Positions 11,441-26,717 of a DNA stretch of 64,000 nt are shown piece after piece. This stretch comes from Octopus vulgaris. Its lineage: Eukaryota. The number at the start of each line of letters is the position of its first letter. Position 1 is the stretch's first letter. The stretch covers positions 174,282,001 to 174,346,000 of the forward strand of contig OX597814.1 of NCBI GenBank assembly GCA_951406725.2, in the 5' to 3' direction. The notes beneath the pieces are model-generated. The model had not been told where the DNA came from and searched no databases. It was given only the letters and a program-made list of their open reading frames with translations. Made by a program: the position numbers and the translations under genes.

Positions 11441-14296
11441 ATCTTACATTGTCTGAAATGGTATTTTGTTGGCACAGGGAGAGAAATAAGAAGTAGAGTC
11501 AAAGGAAGACAGCTGCTGGCAAATATTTAAAACCCTCTGAAAAAGGAATTGATTAAACATAGTTTGTTGCAAGAATTTCTCTGCCAGATCTGGCAAATAT
11601 AGATGAAATTTTTATTTCATTAATGTAAAAATAAGCTTTAAAAACACTAGCAATTGCCTAATGATGGAAGAAAATGTAGTGTTCAAGGAAAGGTATGAGA
11701 TTATTGTGTTAGTATTGGCTGTTTAATTATATCTTAATGATTCTCATTCAGAGCTTATCTCTAGTTATTATATACAATTGAAGATAAATTTGTTAAAAGG
11801 TAATATTGCACTTGTAACTTGATTGTAGGTTTATGTTTGAGAGCAGTAGTGAAATTAATGGTTGTAATTTTTAAAATCCTTTCTTTTAGAAGACAAGTGT
11901 ACAAGGTGGGCTGAATATTTATTTCACTCCGTAGAAATATGACAGCTAAATGCTTTGAGTAACTTAGAGATGTACTATTGTTTAGGGCATCCTCCCACAA
12001 GTCAGCCCTAATCAAGCTGTTTTATGATCAAAAGTATCCCACCTATGACCTTCCCATTTTCTTCCATTTTAGTATATCTAGGATTCCATCAATGCTTGTG
12101 TTCTTTTTAAGACATTAGGATGTGATATAGGGACATTTTGTTATTTCTTGTTGATCAAATGATTGCTTAAAGTTTCCCTTATTGATTCAGTGATGTATTT
12201 TTGTTTAACCTCTGATCAGCTCAGTCTTGATTGAGCAGATGTCAAAAGTATTCTAACCATGACCATCCCTTCCTTCTTTTTAGTATATAGGACTACAGTA
12301 TGAAACAGGTTTTACCTTCTTTAAGATGGTAGGGTGTGATGAGAGAGATTTGCTCAGCATGTTGAGTAACCATATAGTCTCCTTTGGCTTAATGATTAGA
12401 TAATATTGTGGTTGATATTTAAAATATCAAACATTCACTGCACTTTAAAAAAATAATAGTATTGAAGAAACTCTAACCACTATTATTTGTACATCAAAGA
12501 AAACAGATATGAAATGAAGAGGGGAAATATAATTTTTATCCATTTTACTGATGAAAGTTTTAATAACCAACCAGGCAGAAATTTTATCTACATATTTAGA
12601 TGATAGGGATCTGTTTTCTGAGAATGAGAAGATTGGAAAAGAAAGTTATGATCACATCAACTTGAGTTCATTAGCACTGAACATCTTTGCATAGGAAAAC
12701 TACAAACATGAGCATAACAACAGTTATTATTGTTTAGACTTAGGTTAGCCCTGACCTAGTAGATCTGTGATCAAAGATATTTCAGCCATGATCATCTCAT
12801 CTCTCTTTTTCAGGCATTTTTGTGTACTGTGGATTACATCATTCAATGACAACTTTTTTTGTTAAGTTCATAGTATTTGATTTGTGGTAGATTTGGTTGC
12901 TATTTCTAGCAGGTTGAGCTTCCTTATTGGCTCATAGCAGTAGGAACTGTTGCATATTGCATGTGAATAGTATTTTATTTTTACAACTAGTTAAATCTAC
13001 TTGATAAGCTGTTCTCATCTTTATCCAGAACTCGGCTCTTGTGTCAATTCTCTTATCTGTTTTAACTTAGCCCACCTGGTTCTTTTATTTCTTTGTTATA
13101 TTTAGTATATATTTAAAAAAATTTTATCTTCATAATTTCTTTCATTATTTTCACCATTGTTGTGGTGAATTGGCAGAACCAGTAGAGCATCAGGCAAAAT
13201 AAATGCCATTTGGTATTTATTGTGGCTCATTACATTGTGAGTTCAAATCCTGCTGATGTTCACTTGTTACCCCCAGATGGGCCAGTAAATAAGACACCAG
13301 TCAAATACTGTAATTATTAATTATTCTCATTACAGTGACTTCTTCCTTATTTTCTCCAGTATCATAAACAACTTTATGTCTTTTAACTTCTAACTCATTG
13401 CTGTATAAAGTTGCTTCTTGATCAGAGAGAGAAGTCTCAGCTGCTTTAGCCAATTGAATTTTATAAAGTAAGATGGAATTTCACTCAACATATTCATGTG
13501 AAAATATTTTCAATGTGTAAAAAGACAGAAAGCAGTTAGTTATAAAGCGTCTGCTAGCATACTTGGTTTTTCTTAATTAAAATTACACTGTTGTAAGAAC
13601 AATCTAAATTATTAATTCCATTAAAAAAAGATAATGGGAGGTAACCTCCAAATGTTGATTAATCAAAATTAATTAACTATGGAATGCAGTGAGAAATGGA
13701 TCAAGTATTAAGCAATACAGTGTAAATGCTGGGCACGTTTAAGTTTTATTAGATTTTATCAAAATGCATATTTTATCCATGACTGTCAGATCTTAGAACA
13801 AAAAGATATAATATGAGACTTTTGTGAATGAACACAGATTGGTGTTATTTAAAGAACAACTAGGAAAAATATCCTGAAATACCTGCTGAAAACTTAATAG
13901 TTAAGTGGCCACTAGTAGATTTCATTTATGGTAAATCACTTTCTAAATGATTATGTTTCATTTGAAAGAAGTAAGGGAAGACAAAGTTAATGAAGTATAT
14001 ATTAATAGCTAATGAAATGTAACAATATAGTCAATGTAAAGTAGTTAATCTTGTTATATAAATAATATTATCAAAATTATATTGCAAATATTTTTGGCAA
14101 ACCATGATTTTACATGCTGAAATATTAAGTAAACTTCTCCAGTACTGTAAACATCAGATTCATGTTTATTAGCTGGTAGTTCTGTACTAGCTTTGGTTAG
14201 TCATGTGGCAGCTAAGTTTCTACTTAAAGAGGGAACCAACAAGCTAATCAAACATCTCAAATTTGTTGTCACATAGCTTGTCAAAAATATTTAGAG

Positions 14297-14521
14297 CAGT
14301 GATTCTCAACCATTTTTTTCCTATGGAATTTGATTCCTATTTTACCCCCATAGTCACTCAATTAAAAAAAACAAAAAAACTCATATTTTTATAATTGAAT
14401 ATTATTAGGAATTGTATTAAAAAATTGTAAAAGTATTTTGTGTATTGTAGAAGTATAACCAGCTTATTACACAAAAACTTCAACAACAAAATCTTACATG
14501 GACCTGAGTTGAGAACCACTG
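14297..14521. mobile_element. hAT (Charlie-like) MITE
   Basis: TIRs cagtgattctcaac / gttgagaaccactg around an AT-rich interior; target-site duplication has decayed. Confidence 0.7.
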
Positions 14522-17500
14522 GTTTGTGTATTACTCCAATTTTTTAAGGAATGCAAATGTGCTTTCCACATAGCATGACATTCCTTGTACTTCCATGTTG
14601 TAAACATATCTTCAATATAGAAATATATGGAAAGCCATGCTGGCTTTGTGGTTAAGCTTTGCTTCAGAATCATGGTTCTGAGTTCACTGTGACTGCACAG
14701 CACCATAGGAAAGTGTTACAGTTGATTAAAACCTTGAAAGCAGTGTCTGAGCACGGCCAGTGTCCTGAGATAATCCAGTGAGTGAATAAAAGAATCCATC
14801 AGATCCACTCCACAAAGAACAATTAGTAATATTGATATTTTCTTTGAAGTATCTCTGTACTAACTTTGGCAAGTAATATGATAATTAAATTTGTTTTCAT
14901 AAACCTCAGGTCTTCTTTGATCCAGCAGACATGATCAAAAGCATTCTATCTGTGGTCATTACTTTCTGTGTATATCTATGACTATATTAGTCGTGTTATT
15001 TCTTTCTTAAGATTGTTGGATATTGACTGTTGCTGGAAGAATAAGTGGTAGACTTAACTGTTATTTCTTGCAAGTCAATCCAGTGTGTAGAGGATTCCTT
15101 GTTGACATGGTTAATTTTTTTTTTTTACCTGAAGAATGGGCCAATTACATGTAGTTGATTAACCCCCAAGTTAGCTGTAAGCAGAAATATGACCAAAGGC
15201 ACATAAGCCATGATCATCCAATTGGGTGTTTTTTCCTCAGGAATTTATTATCAAAACTTCAATTATTTTTTTTTTAAAGATAGTAGGATATAATATGTGG
15301 GTGAATTGGCTGCTATTTCTAAAAGTCAAGTAAATCTGTAGAAACTCCCTAATTGGCTTGTGGAAATATCTAATGGCTTACCAAAATGTTTGAGAAATTC
15401 CTAGTAGTTTTATTTTCATCAGAAGACATAATTATCTATGTTTTATTCTTATTAAGCATGCAATAAATAATAAACATGCTTTGATACACTGAAATAACAT
15501 TTCATTTTTCGCCCCATAAAATTTTCTTGAGTTTGGTGATAATTTTAAAATGTAACTGTAGAGAAACCAAATGAATATTTAAAACACATACTTTTCTTCC
15601 TTTCACACACACTCGGTTTTTCTAAATCAATAAAAAATCAAAACCAATATGTAGAGCTTAAAAGAGGAAAGTATGAGACTCTGTCCAAATCCACACAATC
15701 TGACCTTCTCTCCATGGGAAATATTCATTGTTTTTTTTTAATTTGTCCCAACAGTTTAGAGCAATTTTTCCATACTATTTCTCTTGATGTATGAAAGTCC
15801 TGTTGAAGTCTTTGACTTGTCTGACCTATTTCAGTATGGAATGCTTTGTTTGTGCAGCCATTTACCTCTCCCCATCACCTCCTCTTTGTAATTAGTAGTG
15901 AGTCTGTTATGAAATGACAAACATCCAGCATCAATCATTTGATAATCATGGATTTTTGCCAGGCTTGTTTTTGTTTCTGGTGGGGTTAAATGAGAGAACA
16001 AAGACAATTCATACTGTGAGAATCGTGCTGTTTAGAATATATCCTGTTATTTCGGGTTCTTTTTTTTTTTTACTCTTTGCTTTTAAACTTCTAACAAACC
16101 ACAAAATATAATTTAGTTTTAGTTTTTGTTTGTTTGGGATTTTTTTCCCCTTTCCAAAGAAGGAAAGTAGAAAGAAATTGCATTAATTTCGTTTTTTTTT
16201 TGTTTTATTTTTACATCCCCATTCACTAATATTTGCTATTTTTTCTCCTATAAGATACAAAAACAACAGAAACAAGTGGTTTAAAAAGAAATTTAAAGTA
16301 AAGTTGTAAAGATATTCCAATGTGAAGTTATAATGAATTTATTCTACTTTTTATTTCCGTATTTTTTACATTTTCTCTTTTAACTACTGTTTTTTTATAT
16401 ATACATATTGAATTATCAAGTATTATGTGTATGTGTACACATTAATTTCCTAAGCAAGTTTTTTGTCCTATTTTTAGAGCCATGAATTACCTCCATTAGA
16501 AAATAAATGCAAAGTATAATCAAATTTAGTTTATTTCTTGCTATGAATGGCATTTTACAGACACATTGACTTAATTTGCTAATACTAATCTTCTTGGGAC
16601 TGACTTGGGAATAACACTAAATTTGTTTGCTCAGTTTTATTTGGGTTACTGCTAGAATGTCATGACTGGAATCTCCTATTGTAGAAAATAAATGAAATAA
16701 AAACAGTTACATATTTAGTAGTCGGTGAAAGAAAGATTCTTTTGCTTAGATGACCTGATTAATAGTGGTAGTTGAGTTAATGATACTAGAGTTTGTAGGA
16801 TAAGAAATGAATGAAAAAACGTTTTGGGAATTGCTTCTGCCACTGGTAATCTAAGAGACCTCCCTTCCCACCTCTCTTTCTCTCTTTCTGTAAGAAGAAC
16901 AAATCCTGTGATAAGTATGTCAAAAGTGTGATATTGTATGACAGTGAAATATGTGTTGTGAACGCAGAAGACATACACTAATTAGAGATAAATAAATTTG
17001 ATATATTTTGTAAACTCTTGAAATAATTTGAGTGCAAAAGGGTTGCTGTTTAGCATAAAGTTAACTTTGACTAAAGACACCTATGTTAAAAGAAATTCAA
17101 GCAGTGACCATCATGTTTCTAAACCGTATTATCCAATGTATCCTCTCTTTCTTTTCTTTTCTTTTTTTTTCTGATGGTTGGGTGTGATGTAGAGGTAATT
17201 TGGCTGTAGTTTTTTAACAGGTTAAGTGTCTATTTTGAAACTCCTTTGCTGTGCTGACATACTGACTGAATATCAAATGCATTAGCAAATGAGTGCTAAA
17301 ATGAAACTTGTATGACCTTGTAATGCATGAATATATATCTTAGGGGAAAGTGTGTTATCTATGAGATAATAATAAAACAAGGTATGGCAGCTAGAGATAA
17401 GTTAAAGAAAAACTTGATTCAAGTAAGTAGTTACATCATATGAAGTTTCTCACAAGATAACATGAGTCTAAACCATAAAAACCTTGATTAAGAAAATAAG

Positions 17501-18849
17501 CATTAAACTGATGATATTAAAGAATTTTAGAATTTCTATTGTTGAAAGCTTGGTTGTTGATTGATGTGGAAAGAGTACAGCTGAAGATTTTGTTACTGTG
17601 AAATGATGCCCTAATTTATAATAGATATACGTTGAGAAGTGAGTGATTGGCACCTCTCACTTGCAAGGTTTTCTTCATATTCTCTATGAGAAAAACAAAC
17701 ATGTTTTTTTTACTCAAAATCTAACTCTTAATAAGATTTTGAAAACATGAATTAGAAAGTAGTTATTATCAGGAAGGTGGGACAAATAAATTCAGAAATT
17801 TAGTTAGTCTTCAGCAGAAGAACACTGCTAAGGATAATTTCTAATATAGGCACAGGGCCAAACATTTTGGGAAAGGACATGGTAGATTATTTTGACCCTA
17901 GAACTTAATTAATGCTTATTTTTGATTCTAAGAAGGATAAAAGGTGAAGCTTAGTTTGGTGGAATTTGAACTTAGAAGTAAATGGACAAAATGTTAGGCA
18001 TTTTGTCCAGTTACTTCAGCCTAATAAAATTACAATTTTTGATAGTGTGCTAAGGTCATACATTTGCTAAGAGTTAATACAGTAGATTGACTAACCTCAG
18101 CATATTTTTGACACAGTGAAAAGGTCACACATTTGTTATGGGTTAGGCCCAATTGATTGATTAATCTCCTCAGTATATTTGTGATTGAGTCAAGGCCACA
18201 CATCTGTTAAGGGTTATGTCTTGTAGATTGATTCAATTAATCTCTTCTGTACATTTACTGAACATTATAACAATGATAACAAATTTGTAATTTAAACAAT
18301 TGAATATAATGGCATCAAGATCTAATAAAGTAAATGGAAGATCTAGGATATGAAAGTTAAAGTTTTGTGTGATAAGAATCTTAAAGTAAGAAAAAAAATA
18401 AACAAGTCATGTGTTCTATTTTACTTGTGTGTGTGACACACACACACACACACACACACACAAAGAGGGATTAGATAGTTAACTAGATAGATAGGAAAGT
18501 GACAGAAAGGAACAGAGGTAACCATCAATCAGTAGTGAAACAGACAGTCATGTGAGCATACAGTGAAATAAGGGAGTGATGGGGAAAAAAGAATGAGGTA
18601 GGAAGGTAGGAAGAAATAGCCTAAGAGGAGAGAGATAAGATGATAAATTTCTATATTAGTATATGATAAAAATATAGGTATAGAGAGTGAGAAGATTATA
18701 GAGTTTGAGATAAATGCATATATGACATCAAAGTGAATGTTGTACATGGATGGAAGCACATGAGGAAATGAAGAAAAGAAATTGAGGCAGATTTTGATAA
18801 GAAAAAAAGGAAGGAAATATATAGTCAGTTAAAGACAAAGATAGGAAAT

Positions 18850-19060
18850 AATTGTTTCTTACGCAGGTACAAGGCTATAAATTAGGAGTAGAGGTTAGTT
18901 GGCTTAATCAACCCTAGTACTTGACTGGTACTTTATTTTATTGACCACCGAACAGAAAGGCAATGTTGACCTTGGCAGAATTTGAACTCAGAACATAGAG
19001 AGCCAGAACAAATGCTGCAAGGCATTTAGTGTGACACTTACAATTTCACCAATCCACCAT
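18850..19060 (-). mobile_element. tRNA-derived SINE, family B
   Basis: ctagtacttgactggtactttattttattgacc...gttgaccttggcagaatttgaactcagaac. Confidence 0.75.
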
Positions 19061-19284
19061 TGCTGAAAGAAATAGTTAAGTATGTGAATGAATCAGTGAA
19101 AATAAAGAAGGAGAGGAAGTGGAGGTAGAGTCAATAAAAGAAGACAAAATGAAACACCAGAAAATAGAGCAAGATTTGAAACAAAAACATTAAGAATTAT
19201 TGAAAGGAGGCAGAAAAAAAAAACTCTTGTTTTTGATAGATACTATGCTTGTCAGTAAATAATCATTTGAAATTCTTTTGTTTA

Positions 19285-19670
19285 ATCATTATTCATCATT
19301 ATTTAATGTCTTCCTTCCATGCGAGAAGGAGTACCTTAATGCTAACTCTTGTGAAACCCTCCAACCCATGCTGGCATAGATTGGGTGGTTTAACAGGAAG
19401 TGACAAGTCAGGAGAATGTGCCAAGCTCTACTGTCTATTTTGGCATGGTTTCTATGGCTGGATACCTTTCCTAATGTCAACACTTAAGGGTGTATTGGGT
19501 ACATTTTACATGGCACCTGCAGCAGTGACATCATTAAGTAACTTGCAAGACAAGACCCCCCTCAACTGAGGTGATAGTGAAGTAGTGAAGGAGGTGGCTA
19601 TGTGCCAAGTGACAGGAGGCTAGAATATGTAAAGGGACAGGAATAGATGTCTGGCAGTAGAGGAGATAAA
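19285..19670 (-). mobile_element. RTE-type 3' tail-derived fragment, degenerate
   Basis: (cat)n start, ggcatggtttctatggctggatacctttcctaatgtcaac core. Confidence 0.6.
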
Positions 19671-20989
19671 TACCATGTATCTCTTATACTGTATACATCA
19701 GTTGGAGAGGGAAAGGAAGAAAGAAAAGTTTATGATTTTAATTGTAAAGTATCCTTCTAAAAAAAGTGTAAAACTGAATATAAATATGGCCAACTATTTT
19801 TTTAATAAATTACTGTTGTTGTTGTTGTTTAACTGTAAATTGACCCAAATTGAGCAAGCCTATGATTTAAAGTATTCTTGCTAAGGTGATTCTCTCTGGG
19901 TTTTTTTTCAAACACTATCCGTCCAACCTGTGCTAGCACGGAAAACGGACATTAAACGATGATGATGATGATATCTAGCATTAACCTTATGCAATGTATC
20001 CTGTTTATAGGGTGGCAAGGTGATATGAAAAAGATTTGGCTGCAATCTCTAGCAGATTGAACGATTGCAAAGAACCATCCCCTTGGCATATTATTTTGAT
20101 AAATTATCAGGAAGAGATGGGTAGTGTCCCTGACCTTTTTATAGTCTCCCCTCCCCATCCCCCCTTGCCCAAAATTTGGGATTGATGTGGTGATGCCCAG
20201 AATGAACATCAGCAGGAATAGGATGGCAGTGCCTTGATTAACCGATTTATTAAATAGTCTGATTTAGATTTTCTGTGTACCATTAGGAAACTGGCATGAA
20301 TATTTTAAATTATTTACTGTAACCATTTCCCTTGGCAGCTTCCCTTATCCTATTCACCTATACATTATAAAGTTGTTTTTTTTTTATTCTATCAATCTTA
20401 GACATCTGCATAAATTTAAAACTCTATTTATTTAACTATTTAGTTTGCTTTGCAAAATTGCCAATATTCAATAGTAGTTCATTTTATAAGCACTTATAAA
20501 ATATCGCAGCATTATGACAAAACTTTAAGAGAATGTCATAGTGATCATTAAGATAGTTCCAGATTGTAATCAATAATTATGCTGGTAGGGGGAGGAGGCA
20601 AGTATTGTAGAGCAAGAAGTGAGCTAAGTCTGCAAGTTGGTTTTGTTTCTTGGTTCAAGCCAGTTCACTCACATATTGTTCTTCAATGTTATTGGGAAAA
20701 GGCATTAACATTATACAACTTCATTCTCTTCTCTTGACAAATTGTAGCCATTTGCTTGACTGTTTTTCATTTTTCTATTATTAGCACTGAAGACTAGATC
20801 TTTGGATTGTTTGTGCCACATTCTTGGCAGTAACATCTGTTTATACCCCTTCAGGTCTTTTTTTTAGTAGTATTTGAGTTTCTTGGGGTAAATTCATTAG
20901 TTTTTTGGTTTTTTTTTGTTACAAAGAATCTTGCAGATCTGAGGTATCAACTATCTCAACATGATTCACTGATTTTTTGTGAAAAAGTC

Positions 20990-21620
20990 ACACCTTAGCA
21001 GAAGAGGGAACCTGTGGAAGAGGAAGACCTGGGAGGAGGTGGTGAAGTACGACCTTCGAATGTTGGGCCTCACGGAAGCGATGACAAGTGATCGAGTCCT
21101 TTGGAGATATGCTGTGCTTGAGAAGACCCAGCAAGCCAAGTGAGGCCGTAACTGTGGCATATGCCAGTGTAGCATAACTGGTCCATTTAAGAGTACTCTG
21201 CAATCATTGGGCAATAAACTGCACTTGCGAAAACCTGTTGAGTCAAGTGAAGTCATCGTCGTGGCCAATGACAGTACTGCCTGATTGGCACCCATGCCGG
21301 TGGCACATAAAAAGCACCATTCGAGTGTGGTCAATACCAGTGCTAGCTGACTGGTCCGGTGCTGGTGGCACATAAAATGCACCATTCAAGCATGGTCAAT
21401 GCCAGTACCACCTGACTGGCCCTCATGGCGGTGGCACATAAAAAGCTCCCACTACACTCTTGGAGTGATTGGCGTCAGGAAGGGCATCCAGCTGTAGAAA
21501 CTTTGCCAGATCAGATTGGAGCCTGGTGCAGCCTTCTGGCTTGCCAGCTATCAGTCAAACCGTCCAACCCATGCCAGCATGGAAAGCAGACGTTAAATGA
21601 AGACAATGTTGATGATGAAG
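20990..21620 (+). mobile_element. 5'-truncated RTE-clade LINE (ORF2 C-terminus plus 3' UTR)
   Basis: EGTCGRG(R)..TWEEVVKYDLRMLGLTEAMTSDRVLWRYAVLEKTQQAK* resembles the RTE ORF2 end (RGRPRKTW...DR..W). The 3' UTR has three gtggcacataaaa.gcacc modules and a degenerate (GAT)n tail. Confidence 0.85.
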
Positions 21621-23015
21621 TAAAGAACCAGAATTATTATGTCCTTTATATTTTCATGTAGCATGCATTGTAACATATTTCAATAAACAAACTATATGTA
21701 TATTGGTAATGTCATAGATAAGGAATGCTTCAAAATATGTAATACTTGAAATATATAATGTAAATTCATTGGATTGTATTCGGTGGAATAATTTAGGTTT
21801 ATACAACACACCTACTTAATTCATCCACCCTTGGTAAAATGACCATTAAAATAATGGTCTGGAATAAAATTTAATATTTATCAACACTTGGTAATACTGG
21901 TATATTTATTTCATAATTTTTGTTTATTATTTTGTCCTAAGATTAGGAACAGTGCTCAATAGTTTTAAATTTGTATAAATCCATGGTCAAACTTTGGTGT
22001 CTTGTAAAAGCATGAATGCCATATCTTCTCATATTCTTCATATAAGTCAGAAACATATCTCTTATAATTATGTATGCGTGCACACACACACACCATTATT
22101 TTTTGCCTGTTAAAGCTTTCCAAACAGCAAAGTTGGGAGTTTCAGCTTGTTGCTTTTGTGAGTAGAAAAATTTCAAAAGACTGAATATAATATTAGCACA
22201 ATTTTCAGAAAATCTCTTTCAGGACTCACAAGGAGAATACTTGTGGCTCCTTATAAGTAATCAATACCCCTCCCCCAGTTAATAACTCCTGCAGTTGCAA
22301 AAACAACTTTGCTTCTTTGAACTAGCAAGTCCCATTCTCCCAGTTTCCCACTCCACCCAAATCTGTCTAATACTCCTACCTTGCCCCTCTCATTTCTATG
22401 TTGTCTCATACCCACTCTGCTGTCCTACTATAATACTTTTCTTCAATCCTTCCTCTTTAGAGCAGCAACCTTTGCTCTACCCACAATTTCCTTACAGCCA
22501 TAAAACTATTTAAGTTCAAATTGAACATCAATCATCTCAACCTCACCATGTTCTGGGTGAGCCAGCAAAGGTCATGGACACTACCCTTCCTTCACTGGCT
22601 ACAAAATAATAATAATAATAATAATAATGATGATGATGATAATGAAACAAATACTATCCACATCTTTTACCATCAACTAAATTTACCGAAGTTTTGTATT
22701 TGAGTGTTACTATTTATCCTATTGTCTTGATTTCCAAAGAATGAATTCATTTGGTTGATTAGAACTCTGCTCAAGTTGGCCTTGTACTTAGTCCCCAAAA
22801 AAAATCAGCTTCTTGAGTAATTGGATGAAGAGAGAGAAAGAAGCAGCTTTTGTTAATTTGGATCCAGTGTTTGTGATAAAAGGTTATCACAGACATGTGG
22901 ACTGTCAGAACCAATAATAGTGGAGGAGGAGGAGGGAGACAAAATCCATATAGTAATTTGTTCTAACATTATATACAATTTTTCTTAATGCTGTGTGCAT
23001 TACTTGCCAGGTGAT

Positions 23016-23053
<38 letters not shown>

Positions 23054-25901
23054 ATATATATATACACACACACACATGCTGCAGAGCACCTGCAATTCCC
23101 TTTTATGGATTTATATACAACAAATATATATTTTTTATAATATCTAATGTTTATATCAAAGATTTAGCAGTTAATTCATCGTACCATTATGAATGTGAAA
23201 AAATGTCATTTGAATGTTGTTGAAAATTGTAACACTTGAAATGTTGTGGGAATGGAAACATAAAAAATGAGATTAGTAATTAGGATATTAATCAGAAATA
23301 TAGAACTGTAATCTCCGAAAAGGCAAATATCTAATTATATTTAGAAAAGCATTAAAATTTACATATCTGAAATGTATTGGTGCTATTTTAGCATACACTC
23401 TACCCCAGTATTTGTAATCTACACTGTGAAATGACTTGATCTGGATTAGGATTTAGGGTAAAAGTTAGAGGTAAGGTTAGGGTCAGATTGCACACAAAAG
23501 TTTAAATGGCCAGGTAGACCACACACTAAAGTGGCACCATGATGTCACTAAAAAGCAATAAAAGGAATGAGAATTAATCAAATGAATTTTCTAACAAATA
23601 TTGCCATGAAGCTTCAAACTATTGTTTGAAATGACAAGTGTCTGTCTGTTTTAATCAGTAATAGATCTGTATTGTGTGTCTAATTTATTGTATCTGACAT
23701 TTTCATTGTCAACAGATGAGTCATTTTCTTTACTTTGTATTTTCAACTTACATGAATTGAACTGAATTTGTTTCCTGTCATATTTTAAATAGTTCTAGAT
23801 AACCTGTTGCCTTTCAGAAACTCAGCAATACTACATCTAAGTATCTAGAATTTATCATTAACTACTGTTTAAATGGACATCATATTGAATAAGCATTTTT
23901 AAATTGTTGCATTTTTGAGTGTTAAAGCTTTTATATTACTCTTTAACTACTTATAATCACATCAGTTTGGATGTTACATTAATTTTTAAGTCTCCAATTT
24001 TACTCTACAAAATTGCTTTCAAATGTCTTTTTTCTATAATCCTGAATAATAATTCTTGTTTCTTAGACATGTGACAGACAGATAGTTTGGTTCTTATTGT
24101 TTTCAGTTTTTGCTTTGTTATTCAGGTTTTTTTTTTTTTTTTTTGTTGCTAGCAAGTGTTTTTCAGATTTATTTTTCTAGTTTTGAAAATTATCATCGTG
24201 GAATACTTTTATGGTGGACATACTCAATGCCCTTTTAAGGAAGGGATTTGATAGTTATAGTAATATTCAGTTCTAGAATAAAGCTAGTACTTATTCTATT
24301 AAACTTGGTTCAGGGAACGACTGGAAAAATTGAATTTTGTGCACTTCAGTGCAGTATTTCTTCTACTAATTAGAAATACATTGTTCAGATCTCACCAAGT
24401 ACAATGTTATATTCATAGTAAAGTATTAGGAAATAGTCAGTCCTTATTAGCAGCAGAGATGGTTCTCTTATTTATTAAGGAGGTAGCTTTGAAATATTGC
24501 AAAAACACTTGAATGCATATATTATTTTTTTCAGAACAAAAGGAAAAGAAAAAACAATTACTGAACCAACTACTTAAAAAACCTCTTTCTAGCATAGAAA
24601 AAATTGGCAAATCCTGGGAAGGTTTTGTTTTTTATTTTTATTTTCAAATAACCAGATTCTGCACATTGATTTTGTGACTCCAGTTCTGAGTTAATCTGTC
24701 ACACAAAGCTGACTTAATGCCTTGGTTATCATTGTAGCAACTACCCACAAGTCCCAAACCCCATTATACTTTGTTTTTAGTATGGAATGGGATCAGACCA
24801 CTCTTCAACATGTAGTAAGTGTAGAATATATATTGTATATTAGTCACATATTCTTAAGATTACATCAGGAGAAAGAACCATTTATTATTAGAAACAAAAA
24901 CTAGTTGACTGATAGTAAATATGCCAGGCAAGTTACCTGGGGCCTAATCCTGTTAATCAAAGGCCAGTATTTATTGTGATAAAATTAAAATAGAGAATGC
25001 ACCTCTATTGCAAGTTAAGAAATAGATTTCTTAGAATTTTGTCTTTATGGGAGATATTCTACTAAATAGCTTTCTTTATAATATTAATCTTTTTAAAACA
25101 GCTGGACATTTATTATAATCAACTTATAATTTATTATAATTATACCTACTAATTGGATTAGGTTTTTTATGTAATAAGGTTACTTGAAGTGAATATAGTT
25201 TGGACGATCTGAGTTTTAATATTTAAACTTTTAGGATACAAGGAAAACATGCACTTCCCCTGAAAAAAATTGATAATCATTGCTTGGCTTAGATTGCATT
25301 CTTAGTGTGAAGGGATTTCATAGGGATTCGTAGGAAGATGAGATTGTATGATATCTATATTTCTCGAAGAGCAATAACAATGAAAATGAAGCAAAGTAGC
25401 TAGGAGTCAAAATGGTCATAGATTCAGGTCTATAACATACATTTATTCTGCAGTGTAAAAGTTTATTTTTTATTTTGAATTTCTTGACACTTGTTGCATT
25501 CAGTAACCTAAGTGAGCAAAGCTTATTAAATTAGGAAACTTAGCTATACTTAAAAAAAGAAAAGAAAAAACTTCCAAGCATTGTAATGTGCACAAAAGTT
25601 CAATCATTCAGATGTTTATGACAGTAAGCATATCAAAGTAGATAAAAGTAGAATATGAAAATAAGTAGGAAGATGGACAATTATTGCATATCAAGTAAAT
25701 TATAAGGAATTTAGTGTCGATAGAGGAAGAAGCTAAAGGTTAACTTGAAATAAGGAGATTGAAAGTGTTGTAAGATAAGTAGTTGAAGACAAGATAAAAT
25801 GTGAGAAAATTATGCCAGTAAACTAACTTTTCACAATACTTCATGAGACATGAATATGAAAAGACTTAGCCTCTAATATCATAACAGGAAGAAAACATTA
25901 A

Positions 25902-26120
25902 CCCTTTCGTTACTGTATATATTTTGAGATGCTCTGTGCTCTTTCAATTACTTTAAGTATAACTAAGAATTTAGTAAAATAACTTAGTTATCATTCACCT
26001 AGTGTTAGGAACATAAATTGTGACTAAGGTTAGGTGGAAGATTTTAATTCAAAACTTATGAAAACAAGACATTTGTACTCAGAGCCAGAGCTAGTTTCAA
26101 TCAGGCTGGTAATGAAAGGG
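25902..26120. mobile_element. piggyBac-type MITE (family 2)
   Basis: TTAA target duplication at 25898-25901 and 26121-26124; TIRs CCCTTTCGTTAC / GTAATGAAAGGG. Confidence 0.85.
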
Positions 26121-26209
26121 TTAATATTGGGGTTTTGGGGGGTTTTTTTAAGGACACTATCTGTTATTAAAAGTTGCAAGCACAAATATTGCATTTAGAA
26201 CAAATATTA

Positions 26210-26715
26210 TAATAATAATAATAATGCAGTACCAGGCACTGGCTCTCATGGCTTCTGATCTTAACTGATTGGAAAGTGTTATCATGTTCATGTTTTGTTT
26301 TGGTATAAAAAGGTGGGCTGCAGCAAATATTCTGCTCAGTACCACAGAGTTGCTTGTCAGTTGCTTGACCTTAAGCAGTTGAGCATATCCCTTGGTGGCT
26401 GACAATATGTACATCTCTGATCATAAGCAGAAGTAGTAGGGAAGCCATGTGTTGAGGAATTCTTTGGAGTTTCAATAATTCACCTCTGGAAACATGGATG
26501 TTTTGTTCAATATCCTTAAACAATTCTAACTGGGCCCCACCTACAAGATCATGTGCTGTTTAACTTGATATAAGGTCACCATGTTGTGCACATTTGGTTG
26601 TGATGCATGTGCCTGGTGTACTCTTATCTGACGGTTAGTCATGATGGGTATATTGGGCTTTGTATATTTGTACCCCAGTGTCACTTTGACATGCGCTACT
26701 CTCTTACTCAATAGT
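26210..26715 (-). mobile_element. Unclassified non-LTR-type interspersed repeat with (AAT)n end
   Basis: Bounded by an (aat)n tract at 26208-26226, higher GC than its flanks, adjacent to a SINE; family assignment not possible. Confidence 0.4.
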
Positions 26716-26717
26716 AA

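Noticed and set aside
15660-16040. Possible mariner C-terminal relic
   Set aside because: Only a faint KL..WDK-like resemblance and no TIRs; insufficient support.
23443-23485. Telomere-like ttaggg variants (also taaccctaaccc at about 1301-1312)
   Set aside because: Too short and degenerate to call an interstitial telomere.
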